Shown piece by piece: positions 1-7,860 of a DNA stretch of 64,000 nt. This DNA is from Patescibacteria group bacterium. GTDB lineage: Bacteria > Patescibacteriota > Microgenomatia > UBA8517. The notes under the pieces are model-generated. The model was not told the DNA's origin, did no database searches, and was given only the letters and a program-made list of their open reading frames with translations. Positions within the stretch are counted from its first letter, which is position 1, and each line of letters starts with the position of its first letter. The DNA is taken from NCBI GenBank assembly GCA_041480845.1, contig JBGPAU010000001.1, positions 5,382 through 69,381 of the forward strand, written 5' to 3'. Position numbers and translations under genes: made by a program.

Positions 1-20
1 CCAGGTTTTCTAAACGTTCC

Positions 21-1421
21 TTGATACTACTTGGTATTTTGGCTCTGGGTACTTTTTTGAGATTTTATATGTTGCAGAGAAACATGTATTTTAACGGGGA
101 GATGGGTTACGATTACATGACCATCCGTACTTTTGTGGAAAACCATCAAATTCCACTTATCGGACCCCGTACTTCTCACGAATGGTTTTTCATAGGCTCC
201 TTATTCTATTGGATATTTGGAATACTCTTGCCATTATTTAATTATAATGTCGCTGTAGGCACCTATTTTTTCGCCATAGTTGGCGTAGTCTCAATTCTTG
301 TTTGCTATTGGGTAGTTAAATCACTGTTTGGACAAAAACCGGCAATCATTTCTTCATTCCTGCTTTCTATCTCTCCGCTTTGGATACTCTTGACGCATCA
401 GGCCAGATTTAATGCGATGACGGCTTTACTTTTTTTCCCTTTCTATTATCTTCTTGTAAAAAGTACAAGAGATAAAGGAAAAAGTCTATTTTTGTTGGGT
501 ATTACCCTGGGGATTATGTTTAGCTTTTTCCCAAGCCCAATCCTGCTTTTACCGGGCTCGGTAGTTGTGATCTTTATTTATAGGAAAAAGGTTGACAAAA
601 AGTATTTTCTTCCCGGAATTTTGGGTTTTCTCATTCCCAATATTCCTTATCTTTATTATAACGCTACGCATAAATTTGAGATTCTGGGGAATCTTTTTGC
701 CTGGATTCCGTATAGAATTTTAGGTTTTTTCGGCTTGTATCCGAAAAATACTGTCAATGCTCAAATTTTACAAAGTAATATTACCGGTCTTTATACATTC
801 TTCCAGCAAAGCTACTCGCATGACAGCAATTTTTTGATTGCGGGGCTTTTTTTGGTGGTTGTGATTTATGCTATTGCCAAAGCTAGAAAGAACTTACCTC
901 TAACGATTCTTCTGATTCTCTCCGGTGTCAGCTACCTGGGCCTTTTTTTGCATGGAGACCCCCCTGAGCATTATTATCTGGTGATATTCCCGGTTCCGTT
1001 AATTCTATTGGGCCTATTTCTTGAGAAAACCAGCAAGAAATTTCTTTGGCTGACAATTTTGATTCTTGGCTATCTTTTGATTTTTAATCTTAGATTTTTA
1101 TTTTCAAAAAGTTGGTTTTTTGAGAATTCCGTGAGAATGTCGGATGACCGCACGTATGTTCCTTACAGTCTTCAGTTAAGGGTAGCTGATTTTATTGCAA
1201 AAGATGCAGGATCAAATAAATTCAGTCTTGCACGCGTAGGGCCGTGGGATTTTTTTGGCGAAAACTTTTCCTTAAATTATCAGTATTTACTTTGGAATTT
1301 GGATAAGAAACCAGACCAGTCAGTGGCGCTTCGGTATACGATTTATGAAGATACCTCTAATCTGCCCAAAAATGTAAAAGTATATTGGATTGAGAACATC
1401 GCAGTTTCCAAAAATGAGTAA
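21..1421 (+). CDS. Polytopic membrane glycosyltransferase, GT-C fold (ArnT/PMT-like dolichyl-phosphate-mannose/undecaprenyl-sugar transferase family). Starts on TTG and the frame is open to the window edge, so it may be 5'-partial.
   Basis: 466-aa ORF with more than 10 predicted hydrophobic helices and the aromatic-rich loops typical of GT-C/PMT-like proteins. It sits in a cluster with GT2 and O-antigen-ligase-like genes. Confidence 0.5.
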   Translation: MILLGILALGTFLRFYMLQRNMYFNGEMGYDYMTIRTFVENHQIPLIGPRTSHEWFFIGSLFYWIFGILLPLFNYNVAVGTYFFAIVGVVSILVCYWVVKSLFGQKPAIISSFLLSISPLWILLTHQARFNAMTALLFFPFYYLLVKSTRDKGKSLFLLGITLGIMFSFFPSPILLLPGSVVVIFIYRKKVDKKYFLPGILGFLIPNIPYLYYNATHKFEILGNLFAWIPYRILGFFGLYPKNTVNAQILQSNITGLYTFFQQSYSHDSNFLIAGLFLVVVIYAIAKARKNLPLTILLILSGVSYLGLFLHGDPPEHYYLVIFPVPLILLGLFLEKTSKKFLWLTILILGYLLIFNLRFLFSKSWFFENSVRMSDDRTYVPYSLQLRVADFIAKDAGSNKFSLARVGPWDFFGENFSLNYQYLLWNLDKKPDQSVALRYTIYEDTSNLPKNVKVYWIENIAVSKNE

Positions 1422-1986
1422 TCTGGAAATAATTACACTTCATACCCCTGGCGTCACTGATTTTGCTTCGGCGCGGAATTTACTTTTAAAAAAGTCAAAA
1501 GCCGAGTGGGTTTTATTTATCGATACCGATGAAAAATTGTCGGACGAATTAATAAAGGAAATATCAGCCTTAAATCCGAAAGACTGTAATGGATTTGTTA
1601 TTAAGAGAAAAATCGTGTTTTTGGGTAGAGAAATTGGGGAAGATCGTGTTCTAAGGCTGGCCAGGAAAAATTCCGGCAAGTGGGTTAGAAAAGTTCATGA
1701 AACATGGCAGATAAAAGGGCGAGTTGGGACGCTCAAAGGTCATATTATTCATAATACCGCAGATAACCTCCATGAATATATTGAGAAGATGAACAGATAC
1801 TCTTCTATTCATGCTGCAGAAAATTTGAAAGAAGGTAAACGTTCAAATCTTTTTAAGATGGTTTATTATCCAAAATTGAAATTTATCCAAAATATTTTAG
1901 CTCGTCGGGGATTTGTCTTCAGTGTGTTACAATCGTTTCATTCGTTTTTAGGCTGGGCCAAACAATGGGAATTGCAAAAAGACTAA
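1414..1986 (+). CDS. Glycosyltransferase family 2 (small LPS-core/KdtX-like GT2).
   Basis: Contains a DxD-type motif (FIDTDE) after a beta-strand, and has a GT2-like length. The start was chosen at MSNLEI, which overlaps the upstream stop by 8 bp; the ORF track starts 24 nt earlier. Confidence 0.5.
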   Translation: MSNLEIITLHTPGVTDFASARNLLLKKSKAEWVLFIDTDEKLSDELIKEISALNPKDCNGFVIKRKIVFLGREIGEDRVLRLARKNSGKWVRKVHETWQIKGRVGTLKGHIIHNTADNLHEYIEKMNRYSSIHAAENLKEGKRSNLFKMVYYPKLKFIQNILARRGFVFSVLQSFHSFLGWAKQWELQKD

Positions 1987-3134
1987 ATTGGCAGAATATT
2001 TTCATTTTTCTTTTCTTGGTTATTTTTCCTTTCGGGCAAATAATCAGAATAGGAATTTTACAGCCGATAGATTTTATTGTTGGTTTAGCAGCAATCTACA
2101 CCATTTTCAAAAAATTGGAGACGCCACAAGCGATGGTCACGCCTTCGGCGATAAAGTATTTTGGCTCATTCGTCCTTTTTGCTTTTGTGACATGGCTTTT
2201 CTCAATTGCCAATTTTCGAGAGATTAATGTTTTTTATGGACTCCTGTATTTGTTTCGTTTAGCGGCATATTATTTTTTTGGGGTTTACGTCTGGAATTTT
2301 GTCAAAAATAGGGTTGTTAATCAAAAGCTGCTTTTAGATTCTCTTCTGACAGTATCTGTCTTTTCAGGTCTTTTCGGTTGGATACAGTTTTTTATGGTTC
2401 CCGATATCAAACCCTTTTTTAAATTCGGTTGGGATATACATTTATTCCGTCTGGTCGGAACTTTTCTTGACCCGGCCTTTTTGGGTTTAATTATAGTTTT
2501 TGGATTACTCATTTCCATTGCCAGGATGATAGAAGCTAAAAATAAAAAATATATCGGTATTATTTTATTTTTGCTCTTGTCTTTGGCATTTACATACTCG
2601 AGGGGGAGCTATTTGGCACTATTTGCGGGACTAATCGTACTTGCCTTACATTACAAAATATTGAAGAAGGTTATATTTTTCATTTTGATATTTGTGATAT
2701 TCCTGTTTATATTGCCAACCTCAAGAAACCACAGCATTGAACTTTTTAGAAGCTTTTCAGCCATAGCCCGAATTGAAGATTATAAAACTACTTTACGGAT
2801 ATTTTCTAAGTCTCCTGTTTTTGGGGTTGGTTATAACAATATGTGTGTAGCTTATCAAAAGTATATTGGTGTACAGCCTTTTTCCTCCCATCACTGTTCA
2901 GGCTCTGATTCAAGCTTGCTTTTGGTTTTGGCAACAACCGGAGTTACCGGTTTTATGATTTTAGCGTATGGCGTACTGCGTATAGCAGCCAGCTTGAAGT
3001 ATTCTACTTACTACATTCTACTTTCCACATCTTTCGTGGCCCTTTTGGTACATAGTCTATTTTCAAATTCATTGTTTTACCCTTGGATAATAGGGTATTT
3101 AATAATCCTTCTTGCGGTTACAATCAAGAAGTAA
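1965..3134 (+). CDS. O-antigen ligase / Wzy-like polytopic membrane protein.
   Basis: About 12 TM helices, a large periplasmic loop, and WaaL/O-antigen-polymerase-like composition. Adjacent to GT2 and GT-C genes. Confidence 0.4.
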   Translation: MGIAKRLNWQNIFIFLFLVIFPFGQIIRIGILQPIDFIVGLAAIYTIFKKLETPQAMVTPSAIKYFGSFVLFAFVTWLFSIANFREINVFYGLLYLFRLAAYYFFGVYVWNFVKNRVVNQKLLLDSLLTVSVFSGLFGWIQFFMVPDIKPFFKFGWDIHLFRLVGTFLDPAFLGLIIVFGLLISIARMIEAKNKKYIGIILFLLLSLAFTYSRGSYLALFAGLIVLALHYKILKKVIFFILIFVIFLFILPTSRNHSIELFRSFSAIARIEDYKTTLRIFSKSPVFGVGYNNMCVAYQKYIGVQPFSSHHCSGSDSSLLLVLATTGVTGFMILAYGVLRIAASLKYSTYYILLSTSFVALLVHSLFSNSLFYPWIIGYLIILLAVTIKK

Positions 3135-3840
3135 AGTTTAGAGTAATATCTTTTTGGTTGGTGTTTCCTGCCTGGTCGGTTGACTTTATCATGAAAGGAT
3201 TTGCCCCGTCATTTAGGGTGGTCGTGTATTGGAAGCTACCATTATCGTCTACCGAGACGATTCTGTCGTTGATCAAAACCTGACAGCCAACTTCGGTAGT
3301 TCCCTGAATTGTGGCCTGGCGTTGGTTAGAACCAAAAAAATTGGATCCGTCGGTTGGTGAACTGACGGTGAGAGTCGGGGGTTTGTTGTCGAATGTTATT
3401 TTATATTCCTTGGATTTTTGGCTTTGATTTCCGGAAGGGTCCACGGCAATTGCCGAAAGATTATTCTCCCCATCTTTCAACTGCAAATTAAAAGTGAAAT
3501 TTCCGTCTTTATCCACAAGGACTTCTTGCGGATTTCCGTTAAAGGTAAGTTTTACGGTTGCCCCGGCCTCAGAGCCTCCAGTTATGTTTATGGTTTGTTG
3601 ATTGGTAAACGCCGGAAAATAGTTGAATCTGGGCTGTCCGGGTGGTATGGTGTCGTTTTTGCTAATAGCTTTACCTCCCCCGCGTAAATCTGAAAGAAAA
3701 ACTGTCAACCTTCCGAAAAGAGGGATGCCTATAAAAGCCAGCACTAAAACAGCCGCCGCAGTAAGCACTATCAAAAATAATGCCTTTCTTACATTCCTCT
3801 TTTCCTCAACCGATTGTAACCGTGAATATGTCTGCCTCAT
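3124..3840 (-). CDS. Membrane-anchored secreted protein with Ig-like/bacterial-Ig-like beta-rich repeats (hypothetical).
   Basis: N-terminal TM anchor (ALFLIVLTAAAVLVLAFIGIPLF) followed by a Thr/Asn/Gly-rich beta region. Start set at MRQTYS (3840); the longer track ORF (3873) runs into the tRNA-Thr 3'-end repeat copy. Confidence 0.45.
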   Translation of the reverse strand: MRQTYSRLQSVEEKRNVRKALFLIVLTAAAVLVLAFIGIPLFGRLTVFLSDLRGGGKAISKNDTIPPGQPRFNYFPAFTNQQTINITGGSEAGATVKLTFNGNPQEVLVDKDGNFTFNLQLKDGENNLSAIAVDPSGNQSQKSKEYKITFDNKPPTLTVSSPTDGSNFFGSNQRQATIQGTTEVGCQVLINDRIVSVDDNGSFQYTTTLNDGANPFMIKSTDQAGNTNQKDITLNFTS

Positions 3841-3846
3841 TTTACT

Positions 3847-3866
3847 TGAGCCGAGAGTGGGGATCG
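3847..3866 (-). repeat. Orphan direct copy (19/19) of the tRNA-Thr 3' end, 53 bp beyond the gene.
   Basis: GAGCCGAGAGTGGGGATCG is identical to 3918-3936. Confidence 0.7.
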
Positions 3867-3918
3867 TGTGCATATTCTATACCTGGCACTATCGATACCC
3901 AAGAACGGCGACTTATGG

Positions 3919-3991
3919 AGCCGAGAGTGGGGATCGAACCCACGACCTGCGGTTTACGATACCGCCGCTCTACCAGCTGAGCTACCTCGGC
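3919..3991 (-). tRNA. tRNA-Thr (anticodon CGU).
   Basis: Cloverleaf folded by hand. Acceptor GCCGAGG/TCTCGGC, D-arm GCTCAGCTGGTAGAGC, anticodon arm GCGGU-AUCGUAA-ACCGC, T-arm GUGGG-UUCGAUC-CCCAC. Confidence 0.8.
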
Positions 3992-4006
3992 ATGGGTTAA
4001 TTATAT

Positions 4007-4035
4007 CACTTGAGGCTGGTTTGGGGGATGTGTAT
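4007..4035 (+). promoter_or_regulatory. Sigma70-like promoter: TTGAGG, 17-nt spacer, TATAAT.
   Basis: -35 and -10 hexamers with 17-nt spacing, about 20 bp upstream of the methyltransferase start. Confidence 0.35.
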
Positions 4036-4053
4036 AATTACGAGATCAAGAAA

Positions 4054-4749
4054 ATGACACATTCGTCTATTAAATTAAAGGAAGTTAAATCTTGGGATCA
4101 TTATTGGGAAGGGAACGGTATAAAAAACAAGAGATTTGTTTATAATGTTGTTGCTTCATCTTATAGGAGATTTTTAATAAGGCCATACCTGAACTATTTT
4201 ATGAAAAAGTATTTTAGGCAGCATGCGAAAGTTTTGCATGCAGGTTGTGGAGGTGGAGAGGCGGATATGAATTTGCAAAATTATTTAGATATAACTGCCT
4301 TAGATTTTTCTCAAAATGCGCTTAAGAAATACCGAATCAGACACATGGGGAAATGCTCAATTCTAACGGGGGACGTGCGATCTCTCAAATTTAAATCCTC
4401 ATCTTTTGATGGGGTCTACAATTTAGGTGTATTAGAACACTTTCAGAAAGATGATATAGAAAAAATTCTGAAAGGTTTTCATAGAGTTTTAAAGAAAGAC
4501 GGGACTTTAGTTATATTTTGGCCTCCGGAATTTGGGATAAGTGTGTCATTTTTTAAGATCCTTGTTTTTATTTGTAGGGGCATCCTGAATATTAATAATG
4601 TAGAATTCCATCCGGTCGAGGTTTCCCGGTTGCGGTCAAAAGCTGAAGCCAGGAAGATTTTTAAAGATTCCGGATTTCGTGTAATCGAATGCTCCTACGG
4701 GTTGCGGGATCTTTTTACATACGTAGTCATAGTAGCCAAGAAGAAGTAG
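4054..4749 (+). CDS. Class I SAM-dependent methyltransferase.
   Basis: Motif I (VLHAGCGGGE), motif post-I (LDFSQNAL) and motif II (DGVYNLGVLEHF) are present. Start set at MTHSS; the upstream part of the track ORF overlaps tRNA-Thr. Confidence 0.6.
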   Translation: MTHSSIKLKEVKSWDHYWEGNGIKNKRFVYNVVASSYRRFLIRPYLNYFMKKYFRQHAKVLHAGCGGGEADMNLQNYLDITALDFSQNALKKYRIRHMGKCSILTGDVRSLKFKSSSFDGVYNLGVLEHFQKDDIEKILKGFHRVLKKDGTLVIFWPPEFGISVSFFKILVFICRGILNINNVEFHPVEVSRLRSKAEARKIFKDSGFRVIECSYGLRDLFTYVVIVAKKK

Positions 4750-4752
4750 GCG

Positions 4753-6012
4753 TCAATAAAGGACCTTTTTGTAGAAAAAGTAATTCAACCCCTTATCCTT
4801 AATAACCTCAAAGGCTTTTATCGGGCTTTCAAATTGTCCCCTGAAAAACATAGGAAAAGTCAAATTATTGTTATGAATCATATTCGGTTTGTCGGTATAA
4901 TAATGGAAAATTGTCAGTAAATTCCAAGAAAAAAGCAAAATAAATAAGATCGCGATCTTTTTGACGCTTATTTTCTTGATAAAACTCGCCAGGCCGAAAG
5001 CAAAATAGGGTATCCCTCCAATTATCCACCTTTGTCCAAATTCAACCGAAATACTTGCCCAGAAGGAACAAAGAAGTATTAGCAGTGTAAGAGAAAGTAA
5101 AAATAGGAATTTGCGAGATTTGACCAAACCGATAAAACTAAATATATAAATAGGGGTCCAGGTAAAAAGTCCCCGTCTGGCTGTGAATAAAAATTCCATG
5201 ACTTTTGTAATTGAAATAGTGAATTGACTGATCCCGGCGCCTTCAGTTAAATAAGGCATGTGGAAAGCATTTCCGGACATAACATAATAACTCCAAAAAA
5301 GGGGGGAGGAAAAAACAACTGCGGAAATAAATATAGTCGCCCAGTTTTTAATTGCTGGAGAACCTTTTAGTATTTGCCAGTAAATTGGAATTAACAGAAT
5401 TATGTCGGCAACCCGGGTGATAAATAGAAGTCCCGATAATGCGCCAAAAAGAAAATAGTTTATAAATTTTTTGTCAAATTTGTAAGTCATGTAGAGCAGG
5501 AATGAGATTATAAAAAATGATGGTTGATGGGAAAGAGCCGGTTCAAAGGAAGAGTAATAAAATAAGTTTGAGGCAAAGAAGAAGAAAAGGACTGAAAAGG
5601 ACGCAATTTTTTTGGAAAAAAAGTTTTGCAAATACCTTTCAAGAAAATATAAACCTCCCATGACGAGAAGTATTCCGGTTAAACCCGGGCCAGCCTCAAA
5701 AACCATACTGAACCTATCGGAGGAAAAAAGAGAAATCAGAGCAACCGAAGGGATCCAAATGATTCCCGTGCCTATCGGATAGGGATTTATAGTCCGGTCC
5801 CAGAAAAAACGGCTGAATTCGCCCTTCACACCTTGAAATGTTCCCAGAGAGTGGTAAATTGGGCCGAAATTCAGGCCTTTGTCAAAAAAGAGTGCTTGGG
5901 TATAAGCGTAGAAGCCATTACCGTCTCCATAAATTCCATGTCTGATCGAAATTAAGTGGATTATAAAGATCGTGAAGCAGATGATAAAAAGCAAGAAATA
6001 TTTTTTCATCAC
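4753..6012 (-). CDS. Polytopic membrane protein, GT-C-like glycosyltransferase family (hypothetical).
   Basis: 419 aa, about 12 hydrophobic helices and aromatic-rich loops. A paralogue-like gene lies at 53519-54778. Confidence 0.4.
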   Translation of the reverse strand: MMKKYFLLFIICFTIFIIHLISIRHGIYGDGNGFYAYTQALFFDKGLNFGPIYHSLGTFQGVKGEFSRFFWDRTINPYPIGTGIIWIPSVALISLFSSDRFSMVFEAGPGLTGILLVMGGLYFLERYLQNFFSKKIASFSVLFFFFASNLFYYSSFEPALSHQPSFFIISFLLYMTYKFDKKFINYFLFGALSGLLFITRVADIILLIPIYWQILKGSPAIKNWATIFISAVVFSSPLFWSYYVMSGNAFHMPYLTEGAGISQFTISITKVMEFLFTARRGLFTWTPIYIFSFIGLVKSRKFLFLLSLTLLILLCSFWASISVEFGQRWIIGGIPYFAFGLASFIKKISVKKIAILFILLFSWNLLTIFHYYTDKPNMIHNNNLTFPMFFRGQFESPIKAFEVIKDKGLNYFFYKKVLY

Positions 6013-6029
6013 CGATTATATAACTATTG

Positions 6030-6100
6030 AGCGGGTAAGGGGAGTCGAACCCCTATCTGTTCCTTGGGAAGGAACCATTAGGCCGTTTAACTATACCCGC
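6030..6100 (-). tRNA. tRNA-Gly (anticodon CCC).
   Basis: Hand fold: acceptor GCGGGUA, anticodon arm GUUCC-UUCCCAA-GGAAC, T-arm AGGGG-UUCGACU-CCCCU. Confidence 0.75.
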
Positions 6101-6142
6101 ATTTAAGCTTGCGAGCATAATTATAGCACTGGCTACGCTTTC

Positions 6143-6679
6143 TTATCTAGGAAGCACGAAAACATTCCCCGCATGAATTATCCCGGGATTTACCAACTTA
6201 TTTGCTTTGGCAATTTCTACCCACTTAAATCCGTCCCCGTATGCCTTAACTGCAATATTCCATAGGCAATCTCCCTTAACAACTGTATATGTATTACCCG
6301 TAACTGGTAACACTTTAGCAACAGTTGCCACTTTCTTGGTTGATGTTGGTTGTTTTGGCGAAACGTCAGGAATAACCAATTTTTGTCCGACTTCGATAGT
6401 ATCGATTTTAAGTCCGTTTACCTTTTTTATATCTACCCAGTTATAACCGCTCCCAAAAGAATCTTCCGCGATTGACCAAAGAGTCTCTCCTTTTACTACA
6501 ACATGCTCCTTCGTACTAGTTTGAGTGGAAGTTCCCGGAATTGTTCCCGCGCTTTTGTCTTTAAAATAGTTAACAATCAGAACACCAACGATAACAATAA
6601 CGACAGCACCTAAGACCATGCTGATAGTTTCTTCATTTAACTTAATTTTTTTGAGGAAATTTTTTAGATCAAAATTCAA
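6143..6679 (-). CDS. LysM peptidoglycan-binding protein: N-terminal TM anchor plus two LysM domains.
   Basis: Two LysM-like repeats, VVKGETLWSIAE...GQKLVIP and YTVVKGDCLWNIA...GNVFVLP, after a TM segment. Confidence 0.7.
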   Translation of the reverse strand: MNFDLKNFLKKIKLNEETISMVLGAVVIVIVGVLIVNYFKDKSAGTIPGTSTQTSTKEHVVVKGETLWSIAEDSFGSGYNWVDIKKVNGLKIDTIEVGQKLVIPDVSPKQPTSTKKVATVAKVLPVTGNTYTVVKGDCLWNIAVKAYGDGFKWVEIAKANKLVNPGIIHAGNVFVLPR

Positions 6680-6812
6680 ATTTACTCACCCCGCTTCTTC
6701 AGGGCAGAAGTAGCCTGAATGTAAAGGAAGAACCAATTGAAGTCAAGTGGCTATTTGTTTAGAGAGTGTACATAGCTTGCACCATGTCTAAAATTATGCA
6801 ATGATCATTTAA

Positions 6813-7223
6813 ATGAATATAACCTCAAACATTAAAGGACAATTGGCTGTAAGTAAAACCGAACTTAGAGCATTGGAATTAGGATTTTTACCCTCCAGGC
6901 CGCTCTTTGATACAAGATACGACTTGATTATTGATGATCACGAATCTTTGGTTCGTGTACAAATTAAGTATGCTGACGGGAAATCTGCAAATAGTACTGG
7001 AGTTGTTGTAACAAAATTGGAATATATTGACAGGCAAAAGAAAACTTTTACATATAGGGATGAGGAGGTAGATGCCTTAATTGTGTATATCCCGAAAGTT
7101 GACAAACTGTGTTATATACCCAAAAAGCTGTTTATTGGGAAAAGAAAATTAAATATTCGAATTTCAAAATCCAAAAATAACCAGAAAAAAGGCATAATTG
7201 CGGCAGAAGACTATTACTGGTAG
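6813..7223 (+). CDS. Hypothetical 136-aa protein, possibly with a PD-(D/E)xK-like nuclease fold. Lies immediately upstream of the intron-containing tRNA-Asp.
   Basis: Intact ORF, basic C-terminus. D...EVD...K spacing (RDEEVDALIVYIPK) is weakly reminiscent of a restriction-endonuclease-like fold. Confidence 0.3.
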   Translation: MNITSNIKGQLAVSKTELRALELGFLPSRPLFDTRYDLIIDDHESLVRVQIKYADGKSANSTGVVVTKLEYIDRQKKTFTYRDEEVDALIVYIPKVDKLCYIPKKLFIGKRKLNIRISKSKNNQKKGIIAAEDYYW

Positions 7224-7226
7224 AAT
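7198..7226 (+). promoter_or_regulatory. Sigma70-like promoter for tRNA-Asp: TTGCGG, 17-nt spacer, TAGAAT.
   Basis: The hexamers put +1 about 8 nt before the tRNA 5' end. Confidence 0.35.
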
Positions 7227-7234
7227 ACGCATGT

Positions 7235-7524
7235 GGGGTCGTAGCTCAATGGCTAGAGCGCTTCCCTGTCAAATGTGGCAGCGCCCCGGTGTGAATTGGG
7301 GTGTAAAACCAGGCTAATTCGGGGAACATCCGGAGTTTATCGAAGGACAATCCCGAGCTAAATTTCTAGATAACGTTTTGGGCTGTAAGTCCTGAGCGAA
7401 GTCGAAGGATAAATGTGTAGAGACTATATACCTGGCTCCTTTTAAAGGATGATGAGATAGTCCAAACTTTTTGAAATAAGAAGGAGCACGGAAGAGGTTG
7501 CGAGTCCGAATCTCGTCGACCCCG
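7235..7524 (+). tRNA. tRNA-Asp (anticodon GUC) interrupted by a group I intron. Exon 1 is 7235-7269, exon 2 is 7487-7524.
   Basis: The 5' half (GGGGUCG-UA-GCUCAAUGGCUAGAGC-G-CUUCC-CUGU) and 3' half (CAC-GGAAG-AGGUU-GCGAG-UCCGAAU-CUCGU-CGACCCC-G) assemble into a canonical cloverleaf with anticodon loop CUGUCAC. Confidence 0.75.
7270..7486 (+). ncRNA. Group I self-splicing intron (about 217 nt) in the tRNA-Asp anticodon loop, inserted between nt 35 and 36.
   Basis: 5' exon ends in U; intron ends in G. Guide sequence GUGGCAG near the intron 5' end pairs with 5' exon CUGU (P1) and with 3' exon CAC (P10). P-like AAUUGGGG, Q-like AAUCCCGAG, R-like GUAGAGACUAUA and S-like GAGAUAGUCC elements are present. 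Confidence 0.7.
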
Positions 7525-7539
7525 CCCACATTTAAAGGA

Positions 7540-7860
7540 ATGGAATCTTTTAAACCAAGATGTCATCGCACAGTTGGGGAGGTTATGGAGATAGCCAATA
7601 CAGGATACGCCTCAAAAGTATCTGAGTGTATTCTAAATGGGGATTTAGCTCAGCTCCCCGATGAAGAAGCTCAAGGTATTCTTCGATTAGCGATTACCAA
7701 AGCCAGGTCATATTCGGAGGATATGGTGGTTCCGATTACACAGCCAGGTTTTGAAATCGAATATAATTTTAGACAAAGACAAACCGAGCGTTTAGACACG
7801 TTGGATTTCCACCATGGACCACTTAAAGATATAGTGAAAACCCTTTATAATGATGGTTGA
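7540..7860 (+). CDS. Hypothetical protein (106 aa).
   Basis: ORF with AAAGGA upstream of ATG. It overlaps the next gene by 4 bp (ATGA). Start chosen after the tRNA 3' exon. Confidence 0.35.
   Translation: MESFKPRCHRTVGEVMEIANTGYASKVSECILNGDLAQLPDEEAQGILRLAITKARSYSEDMVVPITQPGFEIEYNFRQRQTERLDTLDFHHGPLKDIVKTLYNDG

Noticed and set aside
3841-3873. Longer N-termini for the ORFs at 3124-3873 and 45989-46648.
   Set aside because: The extra codons are encoded by orphan tRNA 3'-end copies. Internal Met starts with sensible spacing were preferred.
7314-7566. Two minus-strand ORFs (71 and 66 aa) and the 5' part of plus ORF 7498-7860 lying inside the tRNA-Asp intron and 3' exon.
   Set aside because: They sit within a structured group I intron and the tRNA exon. 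No RBS, no motif. The downstream gene was restarted at 7540.
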